NCBI RefSeq assembly: GCF_000315625.1
Contig: NW_005434671.1
Coordinates: forward strand, 348,590 to 412,589
DNA length: 64,000 bases
Reading direction: 5' to 3'
Source of the DNA: Guillardia theta CCMP2712
Lineage: Eukaryota > Protista > Cryptophyta
The notes under the pieces were generated by a model, which made no database searches, was not told where the DNA came from, and saw nothing but the letters and a program-made list of their open reading frames with translations. Position 1 is the stretch's first letter, and the number at the start of each line of letters is the position of its first letter. A program made the translations under genes and the position numbers. This document shows, piece after piece, positions 48,255 to 62,800 of the stretch.

Positions 48255-49424
48255 TCAGCGTCTCCACATAATCGTTTTGATGACAAGTTCGTCATTCTCA
48301 CCCGACATGGCCTTGGCAATCACTTTGTACTCCGACACCATCTGCCATGTCCGATGCTTCTGACCTGCCGCAAGAGATCGTGTGCTCGTAATGACGTTCA
48401 GCCCCTTCCATTCCTCGGGGCAGGACGATTCTGCTACTTTGAGCAGGTGCAGCACAGAAGACGGGAACCCCCATCCTCTCATCGACAGGTCCACGTTCAA
48501 TGTGCCGTTGACCGCCCGTATTTCCTCCTCGCTCACACCCACCACAAACTTCTCCGCTACCTCCGTCCTCGCCTTCGCTGCAGGATACTCTGCCACCAGC
48601 TCCCAGCGGCGGAACCTCTGCAAGATGGCATAACAAGCCATGTGCTGACTGCAAGAGTCCACCACCACACAGTAGTCGTCCTTCTTTGGATCCTGCCTTG
48701 CCCCGTCGAAGATGAAGTCCCAGCAATAGTTGGGCTTGTGCGCACAGCAGCTCCACCGCGATATGCAGTCCTTCCACTGCTTCTCCGGAACGCAGTAGTC
48801 ACCATTGCCGAAGAACCTCTCGTCCTTGAAGTGCATCCACAGGGACCCCAGAGGGCACAGGCAGCCGTCGCAGTCGTCCCGTCGCAGGAAGCTCTGCTCC
48901 GAGGTCCCGCGCGAGCACACGTGCAGCGACGCCTCCCCAAAGACGATCGACGACGACTCGTTGGCCTTGACGTACCCCTCCTTCCCCAGGGGCGGGTGCA
49001 TCTCATCGAAGTATTTCCCCCTCAGGCAGATCTTGGGCGACTGGTACTCTGGCCTGCAGATCGCCTCGGGGTCGTTGAGGATGATTATCCCCACAAAGGC
49101 GACGACGCAGCCGGCAAACATGGAGATGAGGGCAGTGAGCGACAGCAGCACCTTCCCCTTCCCGTTGCATTTCGATTTCTGCCTCCTCTCTGCCTCGGAG
49201 ACCAGCCGGCATTCGACTCCCTGTATCCTCCTGCACGTGTTTCTCAGGTGCGCCGCCCGCTCGAGCTTCCCTTTCACGCTGTCTATCTCCATTCGTAGAA
49301 CATTAACCTTCTTCTCCAACGCCTGGTTTTTCTCCTCGAGGGCCCTCTCCTCGCTCTCCTGGAGCAAGTCGCTGGCAGCCCCCACCAGATGTCCTTCAGA
49401 CAGTGAAGAGCTGAAGTCTGCCAT
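48255..49424 (-). CDS. Hypothetical type II membrane protein: N-terminal coiled coil, one TM, Cys-rich luminal region
   Basis: 389-aa ORF with EERALEEKNQALEKKVNVLRMEIDSVKGKLE, TM VLLSLTALISMFAGCVVAFVGIIIL and many Cys. Confidence 0.7.
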   Translation of the reverse strand: MADFSSSLSEGHLVGAASDLLQESEERALEEKNQALEKKVNVLRMEIDSVKGKLERAAHLRNTCRRIQGVECRLVSEAERRQKSKCNGKGKVLLSLTALISMFAGCVVAFVGIIILNDPEAICRPEYQSPKICLRGKYFDEMHPPLGKEGYVKANESSSIVFGEASLHVCSRGTSEQSFLRRDDCDGCLCPLGSLWMHFKDERFFGNGDYCVPEKQWKDCISRWSCCAHKPNYCWDFIFDGARQDPKKDDYCVVVDSCSQHMACYAILQRFRRWELVAEYPAAKARTEVAEKFVVGVSEEEIRAVNGTLNVDLSMRGWGFPSSVLHLLKVAESSCPEEWKGLNVITSTRSLAAGQKHRTWQMVSEYKVIAKAMSGENDELVIKTIMWRR

Positions 49425-50644
49425 ACCTACTCCACATGATAAAGGTCAGCGGGGCAACGCCGGCCCGGGCCAGCAAATGTCCCTGAACCCTCACAGAGCA
49501 TTGGAGAATTCCTTCTTGCAGGAGGGCTCAATCCTGCATGCTCCTTTCCTTCCTCTCTCACATCCTATCTTTATGTCGACTTTCCTCTTCCTATCTGAAC
49601 CAAGTCCACTCCCAAACATCTGCCCCACCTGCTACTCCATGCGCCCCTTTCATTACACGGTGCGGGGGGGCATACTGTTCTGATTTACACCTTGAGAGCA
49701 TTGTACCACTTTCCCTTGATGCTTACCATGCTCGACCTCACTGTCCTCAAGGTAATCTCTGTACATTAGCGACATCGGTATCCCTCCTGTACGCTCCTCA
49801 ATCCTCCTGTCAACCTCGTACCCATCATCTTTCCTGCCTGTGTCTGTACCTTCTTGTCTACATTCCGGCCTTCCTGTCACTCTCTCCCTCTCTCTTCTCT
49901 ACCTCTTAGCATTCCTCTTCTCTTCTTCCGACAAGCCCCTCACCTACTCCTTCCCCCTTCTCCTTCCCCGTTCTCCTTCCCTCCCAGTTTTCCCAATGTC
50001 CTTCATATTTCGTGACATCCTGGGGTACCCACCCCTACCCATGGCCCCAACATATTTGCGATGCACCCGTTCCAATGTTTCTTCACCGGTACTTGACATA
50101 TGTTTTAGTACCGGTGTTTATCGTAGTGTGTAAACCCACCCTTAGTATGAAAATGTACAAAACCATCGACCACCCCTACAAACGACTACCCCTACCTGTG
50201 ATTGCAATTAGGTTGACTACCCCACCCACCTTTATCTGCACTGGTAACAAAAATATTGCCTCCAACCCGTACCATAAACTTGATCCACCCCCCTCTTGTA
50301 CTACTGTGCCCCATATGTCAAGGACCCCTCCTCCTCCCACTTCCCTTTTTTTTATTTGTTTTTTGGTTTTGTTTTATTCTTTTTTTGTTTCCCCGATGGA
50401 TTGCAAAATGCACGGAGATGGAGGGCAAGGCAGGGCAGGGCAGGGGCAGAGAGGCAGAGGGCAGGGAGAACCTCCTCCATCTCTAGCAGCTAGATATGGA
50501 GGAGGAGGTAGAGAGTGAGGAGGGAGTAGAGGGGTTGGAAGGAGGAGTGAGCGAGGATGTTCGACAATCGAAGGCTGATCGTTGTGGCAGGAAACCATGT
50601 AGAAGATTGAAGTACGATTCTGGAGGGGGTGGGAGTATCGAATC

Positions 50645-53617
50645 ATGAAACGATCTCCATCCTTTCTGCTCCTCTTGCTGTTGTCATGCGGCAAGAAATC
50701 CTGCTGCTACAGTAGCTCCCTCGCCTCAGTCCAGCAGCAGCAGCAGGATCAGGAATTTTCTGTGCAGATGCTCCTTGCACAGCCGCTCTCCTGCTCTTCC
50801 CTGGGATACAGGCAGGCTGAGGGAGGAAGGTTCCGCCTGAGATTTCTCGCCCGCTGCCACTACAGGAGGCAGGAGGAATCAAAGCTGGTGATGGAGGCGT
50901 TTGTCAACGCTGCCTTCCTCTTCAGCGAGCAAGTTGAGCTCTGTCGGGGAGGGAGCGGAAGGTTCCATCCCCACGAGATGACGAGGGTCGTGAACTGGTC
51001 TTCGGTGTTTGCGGGGAGGGAGAGGCATGTGCTGATGGTCAAGGTATGGCATGGCCCCACCCTCCTCGCGCAAGACTTCGTCCAGTTCTCAGGCTACGAC
51101 TGCCTCCTGTGGCAGACGAGCTTCCCTCCTGCTAGGTGGAGCTCAGCTGGAAGAGTTGTGCTCTTTGAGAACGCGACGGCCAAAGAGGTCTTCTCCGACG
51201 GGAGGAGGATTGAGATGTGGATCAGCAGCGGGGGAGGAGGAGGAGGAGGGTTGACGCGTGTGAACGTCTCTGTATGGGAGCTGAAGAGGAGGAGGTGCAT
51301 GTACATAGCGCTGGCGGCTCCCTTCGTACTCGATGCCACGTTCCTGCAGAGGGAGGAGGAGGACGAGGAGCAGGAGGAGCACAGGGAGGGGCAGGGGATA
51401 TTGTCGCCATTGAAAGCTTCCCTGGACCTGTGCGGCTTCGAGCCAGAACATCTCAGCTACCCGCTCAGTGTCTTTGTCCTGTCGGTTTCCTGCTCTCCGA
51501 ACTGCACGAGGAGGGCCCGCTCGCACCTGGACGAGCTGCGGAAGTCAGCCCTCGTGGAGGACAGCAACTTGCTCGCAGACTTCTCCTTGTGGATCCGGAC
51601 TCGCTGTCCTTGGAGGGAGAAGGCCTGCCGAGGAGACGAGCGAGGCATCTGGGCGATGAGAGGAAGGAGGGTGTCGGGGTACACGTGGAGGAGCACTACG
51701 ACGCTTCCCTTGCTCGCCATGTACAGGCTGGACGAGGAGGAGGAGAAGTGGGAGGAGGCAGGCAGAGTGGGCTGGTCGCAGCTCGTGTACGGGCAGAGCA
51801 TGGTCTGGCAGCTATGGGGCAACAAGTTGAAGCAAGCTGTGCTTGGCGTGCAGCATTTCCTCTCTCCTCTGGTGTCCGACACCAACGAAATGTTCGAGTG
51901 GGAGCCTCTCACCTGCCGCCTACTCCCACTCCACGTCATTGCTCGTAGGTTCTTAAACCTGACTCCTGAGAAAAAGCAGGAGGTAGGAGCACAGCACCAG
52001 CACCAGCACCAGCAGCAAGGCCAAAGGCTGGACGGGGAGGAGGAGGAGGAGGGAAGGATCGTGAGGATCGGTCTTGCGGGGACATCGAGGGTTCGAGGGG
52101 TCTTCTACGCTTTGCAGGAGGCGATCACGGGGCGGAAGGTGTGGAGAGAGAAGAAGTTGAACCCCTTCTCCTACCAGGACCCGCGCTCAGGGCTCTTCCT
52201 CGACTACTTCCCCCTCCAGGGCTCGGAGTTCCATCAGTTCTTCCATCAGAAAGGCATCAGGAACGTCAGGGCAGGGAAGCTCCGGTGCAAGGCGTCCTCG
52301 ATTGCCCTCGTTGAGTGGCTACTACTGAAGGGATACTGCAGAGCTCCATGCTCATCAGCGTCATCATCATCATCATCACCATCATCATCACCATCATCAC
52401 CACCATCTTCTTCTTCTTCTTCTTCTTCTTCTTCTTCTTCTTCTTCTTCTTCTTCTTCTTCTTCTTCTTCTTCTTCTTCTTCTTCTTCTTCTTCTTCTTC
52501 TTTTTCTCCCTTAGATCTGCCATCCACCTCCTGCAAGGACAAGGAAGTGCTCGTGATGTCCGTGGGGCTGTACGAGGTGCTGTGGGGTCAGTACCACCTC
52601 CTGGAAGAGTGTCTGTATCATTTCTTCTCCACCCTTCATCCCCCCTGCCACAACTCCTCCACCCTCCTCGTCTTCAAGACGGAGGAAGCAGCGCCTGCCA
52701 AGAGGGAGGATCAGCTCGAGCTGTGGCAAGCCAAGGTCCAACTCGTGAACAGCATCGGGAGGCGGCTGGCCCGCAGCTTCGGGGTTGTCCTCCTCGACGC
52801 TCACCTCCTCTCCCTCTCCCGCTCCGACGCCACACAGGACGGGTCGCACTACTGGAGGTTCCACATGCTCGACGCCGACGAGCTCAAGAAGTTCTCCATG
52901 GTGGACTTGGGCAACGAGACAGTCGATCCAGGTGCGGAGAGGATAGTACCTTCCCCTCCACATCCCATCCCCCTTCTCTTCCTCCTCCTTTGCCTCCCCC
53001 TCCTTTGCCTCCTCCTCTTGCTTCTTCACTCCTTCCTTCTCCTCTGCAAGACCTTCTCGCATTTCTCCCCCTCCAGTCGCCTCCTCGTTCTCAGACTGGC
53101 AGCAGATCGATACGGTCATAGGTTCATCGAGAACTCTGTGACCAAGACGTTGGCGAGCTCAATCCTCCACCTTGCGATTCATCACAGGAGGGGAGGAAGA
53201 GAAGGTGTTCTTCATTATCGCAACACAACTGCCTCCTCCTCCTCCTCCTCCTCCTCCTCCTCCTCCTCCTCCTCCTCCTCCTCCTCCGCCTCCTCCTCCT
53301 CCGCCTCCTCCTCCTCCTCTTTCCTTTCCTCACCATCTCCTGCGGGCTGCCACCTCCGTCTTCTAAGATCGCAGAGCTGCATGTCGGCTCTTCGAAGTTT
53401 CCTCTTTCCCTCCTACAAGTGGAACGCATCAAGTGCCATCAAGGAAGGAGAGGAGGAGGAGCTCGAACAGCATGCGGCCTATCGGTGCTCCTCCTGTGTC
53501 CTCCATTATTGGAAACCTCTTTCCAGGAAGAGAGTCTGCAGGTCTTGTCCTCAAAGCTTCCCCATCCTCCTCCTTACTCGTTTCCGCTGTTTTCCTCCTC
53601 CTTATTCCTTATTCTGA
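50645..53617 (+). CDS. Secretory-pathway TBL/PC-esterase (SGNH-like O-acyltransferase/esterase) related protein
   Basis: Signal peptide MKRSPSFLLLLLLSC. FEWEPLTCRL (TBL W-P--C-L), IGLAGTSRVR (GDS-like), DGSHY (DxxH). Poly-Ser tracts. Likely intron ~52932-53104. Confidence 0.65.
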   Translation: MKRSPSFLLLLLLSCGKKSCCYSSSLASVQQQQQDQEFSVQMLLAQPLSCSSLGYRQAEGGRFRLRFLARCHYRRQEESKLVMEAFVNAAFLFSEQVELCRGGSGRFHPHEMTRVVNWSSVFAGRERHVLMVKVWHGPTLLAQDFVQFSGYDCLLWQTSFPPARWSSAGRVVLFENATAKEVFSDGRRIEMWISSGGGGGGGLTRVNVSVWELKRRRCMYIALAAPFVLDATFLQREEEDEEQEEHREGQGILSPLKASLDLCGFEPEHLSYPLSVFVLSVSCSPNCTRRARSHLDELRKSALVEDSNLLADFSLWIRTRCPWREKACRGDERGIWAMRGRRVSGYTWRSTTTLPLLAMYRLDEEEEKWEEAGRVGWSQLVYGQSMVWQLWGNKLKQAVLGVQHFLSPLVSDTNEMFEWEPLTCRLLPLHVIARRFLNLTPEKKQEVGAQHQHQHQQQGQRLDGEEEEEGRIVRIGLAGTSRVRGVFYALQEAITGRKVWREKKLNPFSYQDPRSGLFLDYFPLQGSEFHQFFHQKGIRNVRAGKLRCKASSIALVEWLLLKGYCRAPCSSASSSSSSPSSSPSSPPSSSSSSSSSSSSSSSSSSSSSSSSSSSSSSSSFSPLDLPSTSCKDKEVLVMSVGLYEVLWGQYHLLEECLYHFFSTLHPPCHNSSTLLVFKTEEAAPAKREDQLELWQAKVQLVNSIGRRLARSFGVVLLDAHLLSLSRSDATQDGSHYWRFHMLDADELKKFSMVDLGNETVDPGAERIVPSPPHPIPLLFLLLCLPLLCLLLLLLHSFLLLCKTFSHFSPSSRLLVLRLAADRYGHRFIENSVTKTLASSILHLAIHHRRGGREGVLHYRNTTASSSSSSSSSSSSSSSSSSASSSSASSSSSFLSSPSPAGCHLRLLRSQSCMSALRSFLFPSYKWNASSAIKEGEEEELEQHAAYRCSSCVLHYWKPLSRKRVCRSCPQSFPILLLTRFRCFPPPYSLF
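52361..52501. repeat. (TCA)n + (TCT)n trinucleotide repeat, in frame as poly-Ser
   Basis: Seen directly. Confidence 0.95.
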
Positions 53618-54510
53618 TCTTCTTTTCCATCGCTCCACTATCTCTTCCGTTCATTCCTCTTCTTCCTCCCCTCTTCTCCTCCTTCTCTCCTTCGTCCTCT
53701 CTTGCATTCTAATGTAGGATCTCAGCCTTCTCCGAGGATCGCACATTTACTTCTACGGGGTCGGGGAGACTCGCCAGCTTGCCGCTCTCCTCGTGTCCTG
53801 GCTGCAGCACAATCGCTCGATGCCTGTCCTTGCAGACGGTTTCGATGCAGCTGCATGCAAGGGAAGGGCAAACGTGTCATGGAGGCCCCTCACTCCCTCA
53901 AGTCACTTCGACTTCCCCGTCGAACAGGTCCGGCTCCTTCCTCCTCCTCCTCCTCCTCCTCCTCCTCCTCCTCCTCCTCCTCCTCCTCCTCCTCCTCCTC
54001 CTCCTCCTCCTCCTCCTCACGCCATCGCCAGCATGACATCCACATTCTCCACCCGTATGACCCGGGCTCCCTCCATGAGGCAGCCATGGCTCATCTCCTC
54101 CAGCGATTCGCCTCCGGCCAGTCTGATGTAATCTGGCATCGCCGACCTCCTGCCAGCGATCGAATGCTGGAAAGTGATCACATGGGAACCTACAAGATGC
54201 TCTTCGCTCCTCCCGTCCTCCGACTTTCTCCCCAGCTTGCCTCCTCCTCGGTCTCCCTTGCACCTTCCACCTACATCCTAGTGACAAGGTCCTCAGGTAC
54301 ATCAAGAATGTCTCCTCCTCCTCCACTACTTGACCTTTCGCGGGAACATCGCACGACAACGTCTGAAGCGCTGGCGCTCCAACCAGAATGCGAATCGAAC
54401 GGGTTCACTTGAAACTCTTTCTTTATGACAGAACCAAAATGCGTTGACTTGCAACAATCAACCCTCGTTCTATTTCTTCTTACTTACAACTGGCGTAAAC
54501 TCCCGAGACT

Positions 54511-56702
<2,192 letters not shown>

Positions 56703-57009
56703 ACTACCTGCAGGGCAGGGTCAGCAAAATTTGCTACCAGCCATTAGTACGAGATCGTAAACTTTGCTGCCCAAATCAGCTTTGTGTACCAACAAAACAA
56801 ATACTCTATTTGTATGAATGATTCAATATAAGTACAAATATGGTACAGTAAAGACTAAAATATAAATTATTGTTCACAAATAAACATAGCTCTAATATGT
56901 AAATATACTTTTATCTTCTACTGATCCTTTTTTTAAAATAATTATATAGATGAATGGTATAAATAACAAATTGTTTTAAACGAGAGGGCTCAACTATACT
57001 GGGGTCGCA

Positions 57010-57540
57010 AGGGACCCACCGGTAATATTTGCATTATCACCCCAACTTGCATGCTACCCCCTTTTTTCTCTTTCAGAAGTACCCACCCCCTCTACAAGTT
57101 GTGATCCCTACCTCCTACACTGGAATTCCAACTAGCAGTCAACGTGCAATTGCTACCCCACCCTTAATATTCCCAAAAACTTCGAATTAAGTCTTGGGGG
57201 TGGGTCCGGTCTGTCCGAAGGTGGTTAGGCGTATACCACCCACCCCTATCTCATCTGGCAAAAAGAGTCACGAAGGGTCAGGGGTCATGGGGGGGATGAG
57301 GGCAACACCAGTGCTGTGGGCGTGGCAAGGCGTGGGGGCTGCTGGGTGAGCGAGGGGTCTGCACTTTTACCTAGTGAGCGGGGGGATGTGCCACCCCCCA
57401 CCCCCCACTCTATCATTCATTACTACAACATCATACGGTCAACTGAGGGGTAGGGGTAGACATTTTCGATTTGCGGTTTGATGACAGTACCCCCATAGGG
57501 TGAGGAATGATGGGGGTAGGGGTCAGGGGTCAAGGTGTCA
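57010..57540. promoter_or_regulatory. Mirror TACCC | GGGTA/GGGGTC region upstream of malic enzyme
   Basis: TACCC words 57010-57250 and GGGGT words 57270-57540. Confidence 0.5.
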
Positions 57541-57949
57541 GCTTCCGAAAGTCGGTCATGAGCTGTAATTCCGTAAGATCGAACACATCCTAAAAAGGAA
57601 ATGGATCGGAAACAGCGAAGCAGCAGACGAGGAAGAATGCGTGTGGGAGTGAAGACAAGTCAAGTCTGAGTAGCAACTCAATCCTTTTGAAGTGGCAAGA
57701 TGCTTCGGGCACACAGAAACACTAACGGGCTGTGTGTGGTAGTCTGTCTGACGGATTCATGAAATTCTACTCAATCCCTCAGAGAGAGATTCCGCTCACT
57801 GGTTGGTTGTCTGCATGGAATCATCTTATTTCATGTATTCTGTTGATTTTTTCCTGTAAACTCTTTATTTTTTCGTTTTCTCTTCTTGAACTTATGAACT
57901 TTTATGTCCAATGTGTTTTTGCGAAAAGTTGATTTGACGCGCGAGGCTT

Positions 57950-59300
57950 CGATTCGTGGTTCTTTCCGACCCCAGCCACTTGCTTCCCTCTTTATTCTAC
58001 AGTTTAGGTAAAGAAAGTTCTTGTACTATCATGTCATCAAACTCTGAAAGCTCGCTAGCATGTCTCTCCTGCGAAACACAGGTTATCAAACAACTTAACT
58101 AGATCAATTATCACCTTGAGATCGACAACTTCAAAATTTCTTCTGCAATTTTCCTCCAGAAACCGCATAGCATCAGTGTTGTGACTGTCTTGCGCGAGGA
58201 ATACTCTAGTTTTTGCATCCATGAATCTGTTCCAACATGTCACTTGCTAGCTAGTTCTTGCCCCACAGGGCATGATGGAACCTCTTCAAAGTTTGCACAA
58301 TGGACTCCACTGCCGATTCATGATAGACGATGTCGGAACAAATTATCACCTGTCAAACGGTCATATCTTGCATGAAGTTCGAACGGAACCACACATCAGG
58401 TGCGATGTTTTCCAGAGTATCCATGATGTGATCTTCATCCGTTGATTTCCCCCACTCGAGCGTTTTCACAACAACGTTGCGGCCGCGACAATTGATTTTG
58501 GATGCAACATGGAGCCTGGGGAGAACTTGCTTCAAGTCGGTCATGATCATCGTTTCACAGTCAAGCCTACAAGGTACGACATTCAGCAAGACTCCTGAAG
58601 GCATCCCACAGGACAAACCTCGAGCAGATGCATCCCAGCAGCCCTGTACCAGAGCCAAGTTCAAGAATATTCTTCCCCTGTACGATACTCGGGTTTGAAC
58701 AGAAAAGCCGCGCCAAGGCCATGGTTCCATCCTGTTGCCGAAATAACTTGAAAGACAAGTAGGAAAGAACGAAATGAATACCCACACTGTGATGCCAGTG
58801 TCAGCAGGATCATTTTCTATTCTTGAAGTTTCTTCCTGCATCTTTTTCTTTTCTATCTCGTACGGGAAAAATATCTCTTCATCCGCGTCGTCAAAAACTC
58901 TTGGCGACATTAGGCACTATAGTATCATCAAACATCAGGCTCACATGTTTCGCTTAGACAAGACGTCTTCAAAAGCTTTGGATGAAGGATACTGTTCTAC
59001 AGTAATCGTGGATCCGTCGGGAAGTTTAAAGCGCAGGGGCTTCTGGAACCTATCCTGCCAAGAAGCGTACGACCTCCGCCTGTGGCAACCCCCATGAATC
59101 GTTCTCAAGGACGAAAACAAAATCTGGCACCATGTGCTCACGTGACTTGAAAATGGTGCTCCGACGAGACCGCAGTCCACCCTCCCTACGTTCCTAGCTC
59201 AGCTGCGTGCTAGCGCAAGATGCGACCGTACCGCTTGCAGGGCCGGCGCTGAAGATAAGATGCATCGCAATGAGACTCACGAGAGAAGGAGGAGGCTGAG
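57950..59300 (-). CDS. Family-16 (METTL21/22-like) SAM-dependent lysine methyltransferase, multi-exon; ends approximate
   Basis: DTGITVW|DGTMALARLF, VQGKNILELGSGTGLLG, MTDLKQVLPRL, KTLEWG. Confidence 0.85.
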
Positions 59301-59893
59301 TGCGGTGTCGACGTGCTTCATGCATCGTCTGCATGATCGTCCGCGTTTTCGCTCTTCCTATCATCACCATCCCCCGTCCTTCCTCCTCCTCATTGCGTCC
59401 AGAGCGAACATGATGCCATGTCCGCCAGGCGTGCACCCCCACCCCTTGCTTTAATTTTATACCCCTACCGAAATCAGAAAGATTGGACCCCTACCATCAA
59501 TTTTCCCTGCGAATTGAAAATGAAATGACCGGTATGCTACTAAGGTAACCCAACCATACTCGCTATCACCCCTCTCCGAATTCAATGTCCTACTATTTTT
59601 CTCTCCAAGGCTGATGGGAAAACTCCTACCGCACGTGAAGGCTCCTCCTCCTTTTGCATTGCCTTCTCCTCTATCCCCCCCGTTCAGCTCCCCTCGCTCC
59701 TGTCTCCTGCTCTTCTTACCTCTCTTCCTCTCTCTTTCTATCTTGCAGGCCTTACATCTACAGCTGCCACAGGCTGGAGCTGGTGACTTGCTGCCTCCTT
59801 CCTGCCCAAATCCTCTTGGCTCCTTGGTGGGCATTGTAGAGCGCAGGGCTGGGAGGCTTACTGGCGTATGAAACTTCCCTGAAGCTGTGAAAC

Positions 59894-62800
59894 ATGGAGG
59901 TCAAGGATCTTGAGTACACTTCGGGTGTTGGTATCAAGGCAGTCTCCTTCGGCTACTTCAAGCCTGAGGAGCAGCGAGCGCTGAGCGTGAAGCGGATCAC
60001 GAGATCCGTTACTTTTGACAGGCTCGGGCGGTCACAGCGAGAGGGACTTTACGATCCTTCTCTTGGCCCCATCGACCCCTTGGAGAGATGCGAGACATGC
60101 TCGCAATCCTACGATGACTGTCCAGGGCATTACGGGCACATCGATCTATCCCTTCCCACGTTCCACCCCCTCCTGTTCAACGAGCTCTACAAGCTTCTCC
60201 GATGCTGCTGCTTTCAATGCAACTCACTGAGGATGAACGAGGAGCAGGTTGCATTCTTCACCTGCGTCCTGTCTAAGATCAGAGAGGGGAAGCTCGCAGA
60301 GGCCAGTGACTTCCTCTTGTCGGAGTCCTCGCTGGTTGTGGACTCGTTCAATCCGATGGAGCTGGATCATAACATTATCAAGCTGGCCAAGAAGGAGATT
60401 CAGTGCAAAGATTTCAAGTTTGAGAGCAAGACGCAGCATCAGCAGGAGCTCTGGAACCTTGCTTGCTCCATGTTCACGAGCGCCATCCCGAAGAAATGTG
60501 CACATTGCAGTGCTGCGTCGTCGACTCTCAAGAAAGACGGATACATCCGAATCCTGAAGAAGCCTCTGTCGAAGCGGCAGAGAGTACATTCGTCCAAGGC
60601 CGTGAAGAAGGGCAAGGGCGATGTCAAGGAGAAGGGGAAGGAGACGAAGGGCAAGAGAAAGTCGATGGAGCTGATCTCTGAGGAGGCGGAGGAGGATGAG
60701 GAGGATGAGGAGGAGGCGGAGGATGATATGTCGGATGACAACGATGGGGATGGTGAGGACCTGGATGAAGACGACGACGACGATGACGAAGAGGAGAACG
60801 AGGACGCGAACACCAAGTCCAAGCACGGCAAGTCCTCGCAGAAGGAGGAGGGGATCATGCATTCCGAGGTGAAAGAGAGGAACTCCAAGGCAAAGAAATC
60901 AGCCTCCGAGCTCCCGGTAAACATCACCCCCCTCAAGGCCTTCAATCTCGTCCAGAGAATTTTCCGTCGCAACTCCGCATTCTTCGACCTGCTGTACGGG
61001 TCGCACGCCAACGGCAAGCTGTCGTGCGATGCCAACATGTTCTTCTTGCAGACCCTTCTCGTAGCTCCCAACCGGTTCCGTCCCCCCATCCACCTGGGGG
61101 AGCAGCAGTTTGAACACCCTCTCAATGTGTGCCTCAAGAGCATCATGGTGGAGAACGAGCAGATCCTGGAGCTGCTGGACAGCAACAACGGAAACAAGAC
61201 AAGCTCTTCCCTTGACAGCGAGGTGCTGCTCAGGAAGTGGAGCAGGATGCAGAATTTTGTTAACCAGATGATCGACTCGACCAAGGCAGAAAAGGCGCAG
61301 GAGGGTGTCAAGGGCGTGAGGCAGGAGCTGGAGCGCAAGGAGGGGCTGATGAGGATGAACATGATGGGCAAGCGAGTGAACTTCGCCTGCCGTAGTGTCA
61401 TCTCCCCCGATCCCTTCATGACGACAGGACAGGTGACTTGCGGCCCCTCCTGCTGTCCGTAGCTCGTCCATCTGCTCCTCTCCTCCATCCCGCTCCCTTC
61501 TGCCACCCCTTCCTCACTTCCACACTCACTTGTTCGCTCTCTTCCTCTTCTCTCCCTCCCCGTCTATGTGCTGACTAGGACGTACAGGTTGGTATCCCTG
61601 AGGTCTTCGCGAAGCGACTCTCGTGGCCGGAGCCTGTCAATCAGTATAACGTGAAGCGGCTGCGGCAAGCGGTGCTCAACGGGCCTCACGTATGGCCGGG
61701 GGCAAACTACGTGATCGACGAGCGAGGAAACAAGATCGACTTGTCCAAGAAGCAGGCGCAGTTCCGAACAGCCATGGCGAAGCAGCTGGAGAAGAAGGAC
61801 GCGAGGGGTCAGTGCTGGAAGGTGGGGAGGCACCTCAACGACGGCGACTACGTCCTGGTCAACAGGCAGCCGACGCTGCACAAGGCGAGCTTGATGGCGC
61901 ACCAGGTGAAGGTGAACCAGGGGCAGCGGGTGATCAGGATGCACTATGCCAACTGCAAGAGCTACAACGCTGACTTCGACGGGGACGAGATCAACGTTCA
62001 CTTCCCCCAGGATCAGTTCGGCCGTGCGGAGGCGGCGTGCATCGTCAAGAACGACCTGCAGTACATCGTGCCGACCGACGGGAGCCCGATCCGAGGTCTT
62101 ATCCAGGACCACGTCATCGCCGGCGTCCAGATCTGCCAGCTGAACAGGATGTTCAGCCAGGAGGAGTACCACGAGCTGGTGTTCCTTATGCTCTCCAACC
62201 TCACCAGCGAGCTCGGTCTGCCCAACAACGAGATCCTCACGGTCCCTCCCTTCCTCCTCAAGCCCGTCAGGAGATGGTCAGGGAAGCAGCTCATCACCAC
62301 GATCCTCGTCAACCTGCTGCACGACGTTCCTCCCATTAACCTCGAGTCGCCCTGCAAGGTCAAGGGCAACATGTACAAGCAGCACACGCACGAGGGGAAG
62401 CTGGTGATCCGGGGCAACGAGCTCCTCACCGGCGTCCTTGACAAGAATCACATCGGCGCCTCCGCCTACGGCTTAGTTCATGCTGTCTTCGAGGCCCACG
62501 GAGCTGAGAAGGCCGGCCTCCTCCTCACGATCCTCGGCCGCCTCTTCACTCACTTCCAGCAGGTCCCCTCCCTCCTCCTCTCCCTCCTCCTTCCCTTGCT
62601 CGCTCCTTCCCCCCTCCTTTCCCCTTTCGCACTGTCAACTGTCCTCCCGTTCAACCCCATTCCTCGTCCTCTTCCCCTCCCCCCTCCCTCTTCTCTCCTG
62701 CTCTGACTTCGCCTACAGACTCATCGCGCCTTCACCTGCGGCGTTGAGGACCTCATGGTGACGGAGGAAGGAGACGCCAAGAGGGCGCAGGTCCTCGATA

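Noticed and set aside
53702-54412. 236-aa ORF or a small minus-strand gene between the TBL-like gene and malic enzyme
   Set aside because: It is dominated by a (CCT)n tract, and I could not build a consistent exon chain or find a motif.
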